Assembly (NCBI GenBank): GCA_943787795.1
Contig: CALSNU010000001.1
Location: 608,001-672,000, forward strand
Reading direction: 5' to 3'
DNA length: 64,000 nucleotides
From: an uncultured bacterium
GTDB lineage: Bacteria > Planctomycetota > UBA1135 > GCA-002686595
Shown: positions 8,675 to 17,935 of the stretch, one piece after another
Layout: the number at the start of each line of letters is the position of its first letter
Numbering within the stretch: position 1 is the first letter of the stretch
The notes under the pieces: generated by a model
Told to the model about the DNA's origin: nothing
Databases searched by the model: none
What the model saw: the letters and a program-made list of their open reading frames with translations, nothing else
Program-made: the position numbers and the translations under genes

Positions 8675-10150
8675 TCAGGGCTTGCTGGCCTTGAGGAGCC
8701 GCCCGAGCTTGCGGTAGGCCTTCATGTACTCGCGACCGGTCTCCGCCCAGGAGAAGTCCTGCTCCATGCAACGCTTCAGGATGACCTTCCAGTCGGCTGC
8801 CTTCTTGTAGATCGCGCGAGCCTGGTCGACGGCCTCGACGAGCGCGGAGGAGTCGTACCGCTCGAAGAGGATGCTGGTGCCCTTCTTCGGAGATGCGGTC
8901 AGGTCGACCAAGGTGTCCTCGAGCCCGCTGTGGGCGTACGCCATTGGGACCACGCCGTAGCGGAGCGAGATGGCGGCGAGGGCGTTGGTGGCGTGGTAGT
9001 GGCCCGGCAGAAGCAGGATGTCCGCGCCGGCCAGCAGGGTGTGGGCGGTCCCAACGTCGTACCCCTCGATCACCCGGCAGCAGCCCGCGAAGGTCTGCTC
9101 GATGGTGTGAAGGCGCTCCACGATCTCGGGCGGGCCCGGCCCCATCAGGACGAGCTGAACGTTCCGCTCGAGGATGGGGGTCAATGATTCCGCGAGGATG
9201 TCGAAGCCGCTGTCGGCGTCGAAGCGGCCGATCACGGCCACCAGTGGCGTCCGTGGTGAGACGTCCAGCTTGAGGCCCTCTTGCAGCCGTGCCTTGCACT
9301 TTCGCTTGCCGGGAACGTCCTTCTGCTCTGGCGAGAAGTTCTGCGCGAGCAGCGGGTCGGTCGCGGGATTCCACGTCCGGTAGTCGATGCCGCTCTGGAC
9401 CCCGATGAGGTCCTTCTCCCGGCGCCGGAAGGTGTCCTCGAGGCCGTCGCCACGATCGGAGTTGATGAACTCCTTGGCCTTGCTGTTGGAGGTCGTTCCG
9501 ACGAGCGTGGCGAACTCTGCGCCGGCCTTTAGGTAGTTCACCCGTCCACCGAGGGCGACCCCCTCGACGTTACGGAAGTACTCGTGCGGGATCCCAACCT
9601 TGGGGAGGATCTCGCGCTCGAAGGACCCCTGCATGGCGAGGTTCTGGATGGCGAAGAACGTGCCGGGCTTGGCTGCGGGGTGTTCGCGCCCCGCGTACTC
9701 GAGCTGCTGTACGAGCGGGATGAGGCCCGAGGTCCAGTCGAGGCAGTGGATCACATCCGGCGTGAACGCCAGCGGGCCGAAGCCCTCGAGGACCGCCCGG
9801 GCGAAGATCGAGTAGCGCCGCCAGTTGTCCGCGTAGGGCCCGTCCTCATCGCCGTAGGGGTGGCGGTTGCGGTACAGGCTCTCGTGATCAATCAGGTGGA
9901 CCGTCAGCCCATCGATGTACCCCGTCCGGATCGTGATGGGGGTGCGACCCGATCCGTCACGGATGCGCAGGAGGGCGCTCTCTTCGAGCGGGCCCAGGGA
10001 CTCGACGTCGATGTCCCTCGAGAAGGGGAGGAACACTCGCACCTCTGCGCCCAGGCTCTGGAGCGTCCGGGGCAGCACCTCGGCGATCTCAGCAAGCTGG
10101 GTTCGTCGGACGAGTGACTTGAGTTCGGGAGTCGCGAACGCGATCTTCAC
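8675..10150 (-). CDS. glgA: glycogen synthase (GT5) homologue with degenerate catalytic motifs
   Basis: PDVIHCLDW, NLAMQG, NYLKAG, WNPATD, AGAD, DFSW; KTGGL and EPCGL not conserved. Confidence 0.85.
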   Translation of the reverse strand: MKIAFATPELKSLVRRTQLAEIAEVLPRTLQSLGAEVRVFLPFSRDIDVESLGPLEESALLRIRDGSGRTPITIRTGYIDGLTVHLIDHESLYRNRHPYGDEDGPYADNWRRYSIFARAVLEGFGPLAFTPDVIHCLDWTSGLIPLVQQLEYAGREHPAAKPGTFFAIQNLAMQGSFEREILPKVGIPHEYFRNVEGVALGGRVNYLKAGAEFATLVGTTSNSKAKEFINSDRGDGLEDTFRRREKDLIGVQSGIDYRTWNPATDPLLAQNFSPEQKDVPGKRKCKARLQEGLKLDVSPRTPLVAVIGRFDADSGFDILAESLTPILERNVQLVLMGPGPPEIVERLHTIEQTFAGCCRVIEGYDVGTAHTLLAGADILLLPGHYHATNALAAISLRYGVVPMAYAHSGLEDTLVDLTASPKKGTSILFERYDSSALVEAVDQARAIYKKAADWKVILKRCMEQDFSWAETGREYMKAYRKLGRLLKASKP

Positions 10151-10309
10151 GTCCGGAGAGGGGCGCGGGTCGAAGCGGGTGGGCGAGTGCGTAACGCTCG
10201 TACCAGAAGGTCCTTGCGCGTGCGCCCCAAGATTAGACGCCAGGCCCCCTGGAGCCCTAGGCGCTGGCGCTCGGCGTGATCGTAAGGCTATGTAGGAAAG
10301 GCGCTTGCG

Positions 10310-11107
10310 CTACCTTGATCCCAGCGATTGCTCGTAGGCTCTGATCGCCTCGGGGAGCGCCTCGCGGATCTGCTCGATCCGCCGCTCGTCGGAGGGGTGC
10401 GTCGAGAACAGCTCGAAGGGCGCGGACCCTGACGCCGAGCTCATGCGTTCCCAGAACCCCACCGCGGCTCGGGGGTCGTAGCCAGCGCGCGCCATGTACA
10501 TCAGTCCCCGGGTATCGGCCTCGATCTCCGCATCACGCCCGAAGGGCAGGCTCACCAACAGGTGCGCGGCATCCGACGCGAGGGCCTCGGTCTGCTCCTT
10601 GGTCTCAGCGTCCTCGCTGTAGGCCTCGGCGCCCGCCTCGATGAGCTGGGTCAGGAGGTCCTGACGGGTCATGCGTTCCGTCCCGTGGCGAAGCGTGGCG
10701 TGGGCGATCTCGTGACTCATGACGACGGCGAGCCCCGTCTCGTCCCCGGCGATGGGCAAGATGCCCGTGAAGACTGCCATCTTCCCGCCAGGCAAGCACC
10801 ACGCGTTGACAACCTCGTCCTGCTCGATGAGCCGCACCTCCCAGTCAAACTGGTTGGCGACCTCGGGGTCGAGCTCCCTCGCGGCGGCGACCAAGCGCTG
10901 CGTCAAGCGGTCCACCATGCGATGGTCTGCTCCGCTGCTGATGACGGTCTCGCCCGAGAGTAGCTCGGGGTAGGCCTCGGCGCCCAGGGTCGCATCATCG
11001 CTCACCTGGTAGTGATTGAGGTTCCCGAGGAGGCCGCAGGCGGGGAGGAGGTGGACCGCGAGCGCGGCAGCGGACGCCTTGGCGAAGAGGGAGGCGAGTA
11101 GTTTCAT
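10310..11107 (-). CDS. M48 family zinc metallopeptidase, lipoprotein
   Basis: LPAC lipobox-like signal, NAWCLPGG, HEIAH, EIEAD, STHP. Confidence 0.9.
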   Translation of the reverse strand: MKLLASLFAKASAAALAVHLLPACGLLGNLNHYQVSDDATLGAEAYPELLSGETVISSGADHRMVDRLTQRLVAAARELDPEVANQFDWEVRLIEQDEVVNAWCLPGGKMAVFTGILPIAGDETGLAVVMSHEIAHATLRHGTERMTRQDLLTQLIEAGAEAYSEDAETKEQTEALASDAAHLLVSLPFGRDAEIEADTRGLMYMARAGYDPRAAVGFWERMSSASGSAPFELFSTHPSDERRIEQIREALPEAIRAYEQSLGSR

Positions 11108-11215
11108 TGGCCTGGTCGAGGGGCGTGGATGACGGGAGGCGCGACGGAGGTCAATATATCAGCGCCCGCGGCGCCGGCCGCCGCACGTCTCCCCGCACCT
11201 ACTCGAACCAGCTCC

Positions 11216-12754
11216 ATGACTTCCAAACCGCTCGTGCTCCTCGTCCTCGATGGTTGGGGACAGCGCAAAGAGAGAGACTCCAACGCGATCGTGGAGGGAG
11301 CACCGTACTTCCAGGAGCTGTTCGCCGAGAACCCGACGACCCTCTTGACCGCCTGCGGTTCCGAGGTCGGCCTCCCCCTCGGGGTCATGGGCAACAGCGA
11401 GGTGGGGCACACCAACCTCGGCGCCGGGCGGGTCGTCTATCAGGACGTCAGCCGGATCGACAAGTCCATCGACGACGGCGAGTTCGCGCGCAACGCGGCC
11501 TTCAGGGAGTTGATGGCGGACGTTCGAGCCAGGGGCAAGACGCTCCACCTCCTGGGGCTGGTGAGCAACGGGATGGTCCACGCCAGCGATCACCACCTCC
11601 GGACGCTCCTGAAGATGGCGGCGGACGAGGGGCTGGGGGCGGACAAGGTGATGGTGCACGCCATCACCGACGGGCGGGACACGCCGCCGAAGTCAGGCGC
11701 GGGGTTCCTCGAGGCGCTGGAGGCGGCCTGTGAGGCCGCGGGGGTCGGCCGCATCGCCAGCGTGATTGGCCGCTATCACGCCATGGATCGGGACAAGCGC
11801 TGGGAGCGAGTCGAGCGCGCCTATCGCCTGCTCGTGCGCGGCGAAGGGAGCCGATTCGACTCTGCGCTCGCCGCGATCCACGCGTCCTACGAGGCCGGGG
11901 TGACGGACGAGTTCGTCGAGCCCGCCGTGATTGGCGAGCAGGGTTCCGGTCGTCTCGAGGATGGGGATGGTGTGCTGCTCTTCAACTACCGCGCTGACCG
12001 CATGCGTGAGATCACGGACGCGCTGGTCCAGCAGGGCTTCGCTGGCTTCGAGCGAGGGGCGAGCGCGCCCACCGTCCACGCGGTGTCCATGACCCAGTAT
12101 CGCGACGACATCGACATTCCCGTCGCGTTCCCGCCCATCGACCTCAGCGGCATCTTCCCGGAGCTGGTGAGCGCGGCAGGGCTCCGCCAGGAGCGCATCG
12201 CCGAGACGGAGAAGTACGCTCACGTGACGTACTTCTTCTCCGGCGGACGGGAGGCCCCCTACGAGGGAGAGACCCGCACGTTGTTGCAGAGCCCGAAGGT
12301 GGCCACCTACGACCTCGCACCCCAGATGAGCGCGCGGGGCGTGACGGATGCGATCCTCTCCAGCCTGGGGAAGGGGGAGACGGATGTCTATGTCGTCAAC
12401 TTCGCCAACGCAGACATGGTCGGGCACACGGGGATCTACGAGGCCGCGCTGAAGGCGGTGGAGACGGTGGATGGGTGCCTGCAGGAGATCGTTCCGGCGG
12501 TGTTGGCCCGCGGCGGGACGGTGGCGATCACGGCCGATCACGGGAACTCTGAACAGCTCTGGGATCCATCGACGGACCAGCCCCACACGGCTCACACCCT
12601 GAACAAGGTGCCCTTTGTCCTGATCGGGGACGGGGTCCGGGGCGCCCGCATGCGGGAGCACGGCGTGCTCGCGGACGTGGCACCCACCCTGCTGGAGATC
12701 ATGGGCCTCGAGCTGCATCCCCTGATGGACGGCACCTCCCTGGTGCTCGGGTAG
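11216..12754 (+). CDS. gpmI: 2,3-bisphosphoglycerate-independent phosphoglycerate mutase
   Basis: LDGWG, MGNSEVGH, DGRD, AETEKYAHVT, NADMVGHTG, TADHGN; start moved to ATG 11216. Confidence 0.96.
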   Translation: MTSKPLVLLVLDGWGQRKERDSNAIVEGAPYFQELFAENPTTLLTACGSEVGLPLGVMGNSEVGHTNLGAGRVVYQDVSRIDKSIDDGEFARNAAFRELMADVRARGKTLHLLGLVSNGMVHASDHHLRTLLKMAADEGLGADKVMVHAITDGRDTPPKSGAGFLEALEAACEAAGVGRIASVIGRYHAMDRDKRWERVERAYRLLVRGEGSRFDSALAAIHASYEAGVTDEFVEPAVIGEQGSGRLEDGDGVLLFNYRADRMREITDALVQQGFAGFERGASAPTVHAVSMTQYRDDIDIPVAFPPIDLSGIFPELVSAAGLRQERIAETEKYAHVTYFFSGGREAPYEGETRTLLQSPKVATYDLAPQMSARGVTDAILSSLGKGETDVYVVNFANADMVGHTGIYEAALKAVETVDGCLQEIVPAVLARGGTVAITADHGNSEQLWDPSTDQPHTAHTLNKVPFVLIGDGVRGARMREHGVLADVAPTLLEIMGLELHPLMDGTSLVLG

Positions 12755-12823
12755 CGTCCCGGGTGCTCGGGTAGCGCCCGGTCAAGTCGCTAAGAGTACG
12801 GGGAAATCGCCAAGAGAAGGGGA
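12742..12823. repeat. two adjacent direct duplications, each with a 20-bp period
   Basis: ggtgctcgggtagcg at 12742 and 12762; aagtcgctaagagtacgggg / aaatcgccaagagaagggga at 12784 and 12804. Confidence 0.7.
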
Positions 12824-13062
12824 GACGCGCACTGAGGGCCATGTCGCGCGGTAGCGGTCAGATGGCGTACCGGAGCCAACCAGGAGCCGATTGTGTCCCG
12901 CATTGGGTGAGACGGTGGCCCGGTGGGGACTCTCCATGCGCCATTCCGTGGTGACCCCTCCAAGCTTGGTATCCTTGATCAGTCGATCCCTCCACTCCCC
13001 TCCTGCGTCTTCCGCCGGGGGTACGCCTCGCCCGCCGCGGTGAGGGACCCCAAGCTCCCCGC

Positions 13063-14538
13063 ATGCCGCCGAATATTCTCTCCACGGCACTCCGTCTCTC
13101 CTCCCCGATGTGTCTGGCGCTGTTGACGGCTCAGAGCGCCGCGGCCGCGCCGCAGGCACTCTCCCGCCTCTTCGTGTCGCCAACCCCGGATGAGATCGAG
13201 GACGTGACAGTGGACTGGGCTGGGCGGACGGTCGACATCGCCGGGTTCCGGTTGGAGGCCTCTGGCTTGGGTGCCGCCAATGAGCGCGTGGACATCATCA
13301 GTCACCTCTCGGAAGGGGAGCGGCACTACGCGGCGATCCGCTTCCCACTCAACTACGAGCCCGGGCAGCCCCACGCTGCGCTGGTGCTATGCCACGGAGG
13401 TCTGGTGGGGGTCTCGGTCGACGAGGCCGCAAACCTCCTCTCGACGTTCCCTGGCCAGTGCGTCGACGACGAGTACTTCATCCTGATCCCGTCCTACCGC
13501 GGTGAGGTCCTGACGAGCTCCTTCGCCGGCCCCTACTTCTCAGGGGGAGCCCAGAGCTTTGCGGATCGAGACGTGGACGACGTGAGGTCCATGCTCTCGA
13601 CGGTCTTGGCGGAGCCGGACTACGCCGACATCGACAACGCCCGCCTAGCTGCCTGGGGCATCAGCCGAGGCGGAGCTGTGGCGATGCTACTCAAGGTCCG
13701 TGACCCGCGGATCCGGCGCGTGGTGGACATGTTCGGTTTCACGGATCTCAGTCTCCCCAGCGTTCAGGCTGAGGCCGCCGACATCGTGGATAACGGGGCC
13801 ACTCCAACCGGGATCGGTCGCGTCATTTACGAGTCGTCCGTCGAGCCTTGGCTGTCGGGTTCAATGACCCTCGAGGAGGCGCGCCTCGCCTGGATCCGGC
13901 GCTCGGTCGCCTGGTTCCCAGACAACCTTGCTCCCATCCAGGTCCATCACGGGCTTCAGGACCTGGCGGTCGAGCCGGCCCACTCGGTGCTGCTCCTGGA
14001 CCGGCTGTCCGCGCTGGGCCTCCCGCCCGGTGAGGTCGAGGCCTACTTCTACCCCAACGGTGCTCACGGGCTGAACTCGCTCGTCGGGCAGGGTCCCCGA
14101 GCGGAGAGCTTCCTCTGCAACCTCCAGCTCGGTCCGAGCGGCTACTGCGGCCCCATGACAGAGAGCGTGGCGGGCGGCATCGCCTCGGCCAGCTACCTCG
14201 GCTCGGCCTCCGTCTCGCGGAACGACCTGCGATTCGTCGTGAACAACGCCCCGGCGGGATCGGCGGGGATGGTCTTCATGGCCCCTGCGCCGGGCTACTC
14301 ACGCAGCGGCGGTGGCTATGTCTGCGTGGGTGGGGGCGCGACTCGGGTCGGATTTGGAGGGATCGACGCCAACGGGACGTTCGTGCTGCCCATCGATCTT
14401 CAGAGCAGCCACCCCGCCGTGAGCAGCTTCTTGAACGTTGGTTCCAGCGCCTACCTGCAGCTGGTCTACCGGGATCCTGGAAACGGGAACGGGAACTGGA
14501 ACTTCTCCAACGGGCTGTGCGTTCCGTTGGCTCCCTGA
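13063..14538 (+). CDS. secreted S9-like alpha/beta serine hydrolase with extra C-terminal domain
   Basis: signal-like N-terminus, CHGG, SYRG, GISRGG nucleophile elbow, HHGLQD, GAHG. Confidence 0.8.
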   Translation: MPPNILSTALRLSSPMCLALLTAQSAAAAPQALSRLFVSPTPDEIEDVTVDWAGRTVDIAGFRLEASGLGAANERVDIISHLSEGERHYAAIRFPLNYEPGQPHAALVLCHGGLVGVSVDEAANLLSTFPGQCVDDEYFILIPSYRGEVLTSSFAGPYFSGGAQSFADRDVDDVRSMLSTVLAEPDYADIDNARLAAWGISRGGAVAMLLKVRDPRIRRVVDMFGFTDLSLPSVQAEAADIVDNGATPTGIGRVIYESSVEPWLSGSMTLEEARLAWIRRSVAWFPDNLAPIQVHHGLQDLAVEPAHSVLLLDRLSALGLPPGEVEAYFYPNGAHGLNSLVGQGPRAESFLCNLQLGPSGYCGPMTESVAGGIASASYLGSASVSRNDLRFVVNNAPAGSAGMVFMAPAPGYSRSGGGYVCVGGGATRVGFGGIDANGTFVLPIDLQSSHPAVSSFLNVGSSAYLQLVYRDPGNGNGNWNFSNGLCVPLAP

Positions 14539-14607
14539 TCGAGCAGCCAGGCCTCCCTTTGCTCTTGCCCTGACGATCGCCCGTATCGGGCGTGCTCGGG
14601 CGGGATG

Positions 14608-14652
14608 GTTCCACCGCGCAGTGTTCCACCACGCAGAGTCTCACCGAGCAGG
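14608..14652. repeat. 3 x 15-bp degenerate tandem repeat
   Basis: gttccaccgcgcagt / gttccaccacgcaga / gtctcaccgagcagg. Confidence 0.7.
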
Positions 14653-14739
14653 GGCCCTCGTCACAGCGAGCCTCCTCGCGGATTCCTCCGTGCGGCCTTC
14701 TCTGGGGCGGGGCTCGCCAGCTGGAGATCCGGTGGCCGG

Positions 14740-15534
14740 TCAGTTGGAGACTCGGTACCAGAGCATGCCCACGTACTCGTGGAGTGCCCACGAGGAGTCG
14801 CGCATGGATCGACCCCGAGGGATGAGGCCTTGGTAGAGGCGGCTGGGCGCGGCGTGGGCGCCGGTGGGAGCCGGGAGCACGTCGACCCCTTCTCGCTCGA
14901 AGGCCTCCACAGACCTCGGCATGTGCCAGGCGTTCGTCACCACGGCAGCGCGGCCGTAGCCTCTCTCTCTCATCAAGCGGGCCACGCCTCTGGCGTTGCC
15001 CCGCGTGGTCCGGGCGTCGTCCTCGGTCCACGCCACCTCGACGCCAAGCTCGTTCTCGACGTAGTCCCTCAGCACATGGCTGACAGGCCGCCGGTCCGGT
15101 CGAAGCACACCGCCGGTGATGACCAGGGGGAGCCCCGTCTGTCGGGAGAGGCGGGCTCCATACCGGCAGCGCAACTGGCTCAACGGGCCCGGTTGGTCGG
15201 ACCCATACTCCGGCGGGTCACAGTCAACGTCTCCGGCGAGGACCACGATCACGTCGGCATCGATGGACTCGACGGCAGGGTCCAGACTCGGGGTCCTCTG
15301 CAGCCCGTCCAGCAGCAGGTAGGAGACGAGGGGCAGCGAGAGCGCCACGGAGAGGAGCGCGCCGGATGCCGCGAGGATCGTCGCCAGGCGCCTCAGGAGG
15401 GGCCGCCGGGCGCGCCAGCGCATGATGAGGCCCACGAGAACCATCAGGTACAGCCCTGCGGGCGGCATCAACATGTTCTCGAGCAACCACTTCACGGGAG
15501 ATGAGATCGGACGTTGCCCGGCTGCGGACCCCAC
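14740..15534 (-). CDS. YdcF/ElyC (DUF218) family membrane protein
   Basis: two TM helices, VITGG, ARTTRGNA, VTNAWHMPR, LHEYVG. Confidence 0.88.
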   Translation of the reverse strand: MGSAAGQRPISSPVKWLLENMLMPPAGLYLMVLVGLIMRWRARRPLLRRLATILAASGALLSVALSLPLVSYLLLDGLQRTPSLDPAVESIDADVIVVLAGDVDCDPPEYGSDQPGPLSQLRCRYGARLSRQTGLPLVITGGVLRPDRRPVSHVLRDYVENELGVEVAWTEDDARTTRGNARGVARLMRERGYGRAAVVTNAWHMPRSVEAFEREGVDVLPAPTGAHAAPSRLYQGLIPRGRSMRDSSWALHEYVGMLWYRVSN

Positions 15535-15575
15535 CTGATCCCAGGAAATGCCGCGATCGACCGCGGTGAGGCGGA

Positions 15576-15851
15576 TCAGAAGTAGGTGGCGCGCTGCTCG
15601 CGTCGGAGCCCGTCCCGCTCCTCGGGGCTCGCGACGAGGGACACCGCGGCCTGGTCACTGGCGCCGAGGTGCTCGAAGTTCCTGCGCGCTGACCGGAGGG
15701 TGATGTGGTTCAGGGCAGAGACCTCGTCGAGGGACTCGAGGCCCACACCGTCGTCCTCCCAGTAGCAAACGGGGCAGACCTCGTGGCTCCCTCTGTGCTT
15801 GAGCGTGTAGTAGTCGCAGCAGGGACACTGCGCCGACCCCTCGGGGATCAT
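15576..15851 (-). CDS. CPCC-family cysteine-rich protein
   Basis: CPCCDYYTL...CPVCYWEDDG...N..TL..AR.NF. Confidence 0.85.
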   Translation of the reverse strand: MIPEGSAQCPCCDYYTLKHRGSHEVCPVCYWEDDGVGLESLDEVSALNHITLRSARRNFEHLGASDQAAVSLVASPEERDGLRREQRATYF

Positions 15852-17320
15852 CGCTCGTCCCCTTTCCCTTCCTGGGGGGCGGCTGTCCCAGCCGGGGCGC
15901 CGGCCTCTGTGACAGGGACGCCCGCGGCCTCGAAGGCGCGCGCCATCGGCTTGAGGTGAGCCTCGTATGGCTTCCAGCGGTCCACGGAGCTCGCGTAGAT
16001 CGGTTGCCGGACCTGGGCCGCGCTCGCGGTCTGGACAGCTCGCTCGGTCTCGTGGAACGAGAGGCAGGCGTCGTCCCAGGGCAGCCCGGCGAACTCGACG
16101 AGCTGGCGCGCGGTGCCCTCGAGGTCACGCACCAGGTCCTCGTAGTCCACCTGCAGGATCATCGAGGGCATGACGGAGGCCCAGTGGTCGCAGAGTCGAT
16201 GGGTCAGGGCGTAGGCGCTGGCGATCTCCTTGATGTCGTAGGCATAGGGGATCGTCGACGTGAACAGGGTCCGGAAGATGCCGAAGCCGTTGTCCATGGG
16301 CGCCCGACGCACGTGGATGAAGCGAGCTCCCGGGACGGCCCGGCGCAGGAGACCTGTCTGCAGGAAGTTGGTCAGGAACTTGTCGACGATCACCTCGGCA
16401 TCCGGAGCCAGCTGTCGGAGGCCCTCGGTGTAGCGCTCGCCGATGCCCGCGAGCTCAGCGTCACTCATCGAGGACGCCGCTGCGACCCGCTCCCACGGGT
16501 TCCCGTCCAGCCGTCCCATGGCGTGGGGAAGGAGCGGTCGCTCGCCGACGCCCTCGACGCTGGGGTGGCTGGCGAGGATCTGCTCGACGAGCGACGTGCC
16601 GGACCGCGGCATCCCGCAGACGAGGATCGGGCGATCCGCTGGGGCTCCCTCGGCTGCGGGCCGCTCGGCGTAGGCCTTGTCGTAGCTCCTGATGGACGCC
16701 TCGACGAGCGCGTCCAGCTCCCTGGGGTCGTACTTCATCAGGGACCGCCGAAGCCGGTTCCCGCGCTCGAAGCAGCTGAACGCGCGCTCGTGCTCCTTGA
16801 CCTCGTCGAGGGCGCGCCCCAGGGCGAAGTAGAGGGCCACCCGGGACTGATCGCCCGGCGGCAGCTTCTTGAGGATGGCCTCGGCCGCGGCAAGGTCAGG
16901 GTCATCCGGATCGGAGTAGGTCGTGAGGCCCATCAGGTTCCTGAGGGACTCACCGCTGCTGGGGTCGAGCTCCGTCGCCCGTCGGAACTCCAGGGCGGCG
17001 TCCTCGAGCCGGCCCTGGAACTTCAGGACCGTCCCCAGGTTGTTGGCGGTGGCGGCGTGGTCCGGGTTCGCCGCCTTCGACGCGAGCGCCGCGCGCTCGG
17101 CGTCTTCCAGGCGGCCCATGCGCTGGAGCGCGGCCACGAGGTTCGCCATGAGGCGCGGCTCGCGCCCGTGATTGGAGATGGCCTTGCGGAGGAGCTCCTC
17201 TGCCTTGGCGGGTTGGCCTGCCTGGAGCTTCTCGTGCCCCGCCTTCAGGTCGGCCTCCAGCTTGGCAGGTGCTCCGGAGCGTCCGCGCGGACTTGTCTTC
17301 CTGGGGTTCTTCTTGCTCAT
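15848..17320 (-). CDS. TPR-containing sulfotransferase
   Basis: N-terminal TPRs, GMPRSGTSLVEQILASH PAPS-binding motif, TASAAQVRQPIY. Confidence 0.92.
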   Translation of the reverse strand: MSKKNPRKTSPRGRSGAPAKLEADLKAGHEKLQAGQPAKAEELLRKAISNHGREPRLMANLVAALQRMGRLEDAERAALASKAANPDHAATANNLGTVLKFQGRLEDAALEFRRATELDPSSGESLRNLMGLTTYSDPDDPDLAAAEAILKKLPPGDQSRVALYFALGRALDEVKEHERAFSCFERGNRLRRSLMKYDPRELDALVEASIRSYDKAYAERPAAEGAPADRPILVCGMPRSGTSLVEQILASHPSVEGVGERPLLPHAMGRLDGNPWERVAAASSMSDAELAGIGERYTEGLRQLAPDAEVIVDKFLTNFLQTGLLRRAVPGARFIHVRRAPMDNGFGIFRTLFTSTIPYAYDIKEIASAYALTHRLCDHWASVMPSMILQVDYEDLVRDLEGTARQLVEFAGLPWDDACLSFHETERAVQTASAAQVRQPIYASSVDRWKPYEAHLKPMARAFEAAGVPVTEAGAPAGTAAPQEGKGDER

Positions 17321-17385
17321 CGCGAGGAGACCCTATCACGCAGCAGCGGGCCGACCCAGGCCGACCTTGGCGCCCGTCCCGTTGG

Positions 17386-17898
17386 TCACTTGGCGACGCC
17401 GAGGCCGTCCACAGGGGAGGCTCCCGCGACCTCTACGAGGACCTCGGGCCCAAGCTCGAGCTGGAGGCCCCGCTGGCCGGCGCTCACCAGGAGGGCCTCC
17501 AGCCTGGTCGCGGATCGATCCACGAACGTCGGGAGGGGGCGCAGTTGGCCGAACGGGCTGATGCCACCGGTCACATAACCGGAGAGACGCTCCGCGTCCG
17601 CCGGGTCCATCATCCGCGCGCGCTTCCCCTCAGCGGCGGCGGCGAGGCGCTTGAGGGAGAGCGTCCCCGCGGTGGGGACGATGGCGCACACGGGGGCCCC
17701 GTCCACCTCCGCGAGCAGCGTCTTGAAGACCACGCTTGGGGAGAGCCCTAGCTGGGCCGCGACCGCCTCACCGACGGAGCCCCCGGGCGGTGCGTGCCCG
17801 AGGTCGTAGGCGTGCATTTGGAACGGGACCCCGGCGCGTTCGAGCGCCACGGTCGCGCGGGTGCCGCCCCCTCGTTCTTGCTTCCTGTTCCTGGCCAC
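17386..17898 (-). CDS. ybaK: Cys-tRNA(Pro) deacylase, YbaK/EbsC family
   Basis: VFKTL, GYVTGGISPFGQ, SAGQRGLQ; start moved to GTG 17898. Confidence 0.88.
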   Translation of the reverse strand: MARNRKQERGGGTRATVALERAGVPFQMHAYDLGHAPPGGSVGEAVAAQLGLSPSVVFKTLLAEVDGAPVCAIVPTAGTLSLKRLAAAAEGKRARMMDPADAERLSGYVTGGISPFGQLRPLPTFVDRSATRLEALLVSAGQRGLQLELGPEVLVEVAGASPVDGLGVAK

Positions 17899-17935
17899 GA
17901 TTCGAGTTCCCAGCAGGGCAGGGTACTCTCTGCTG

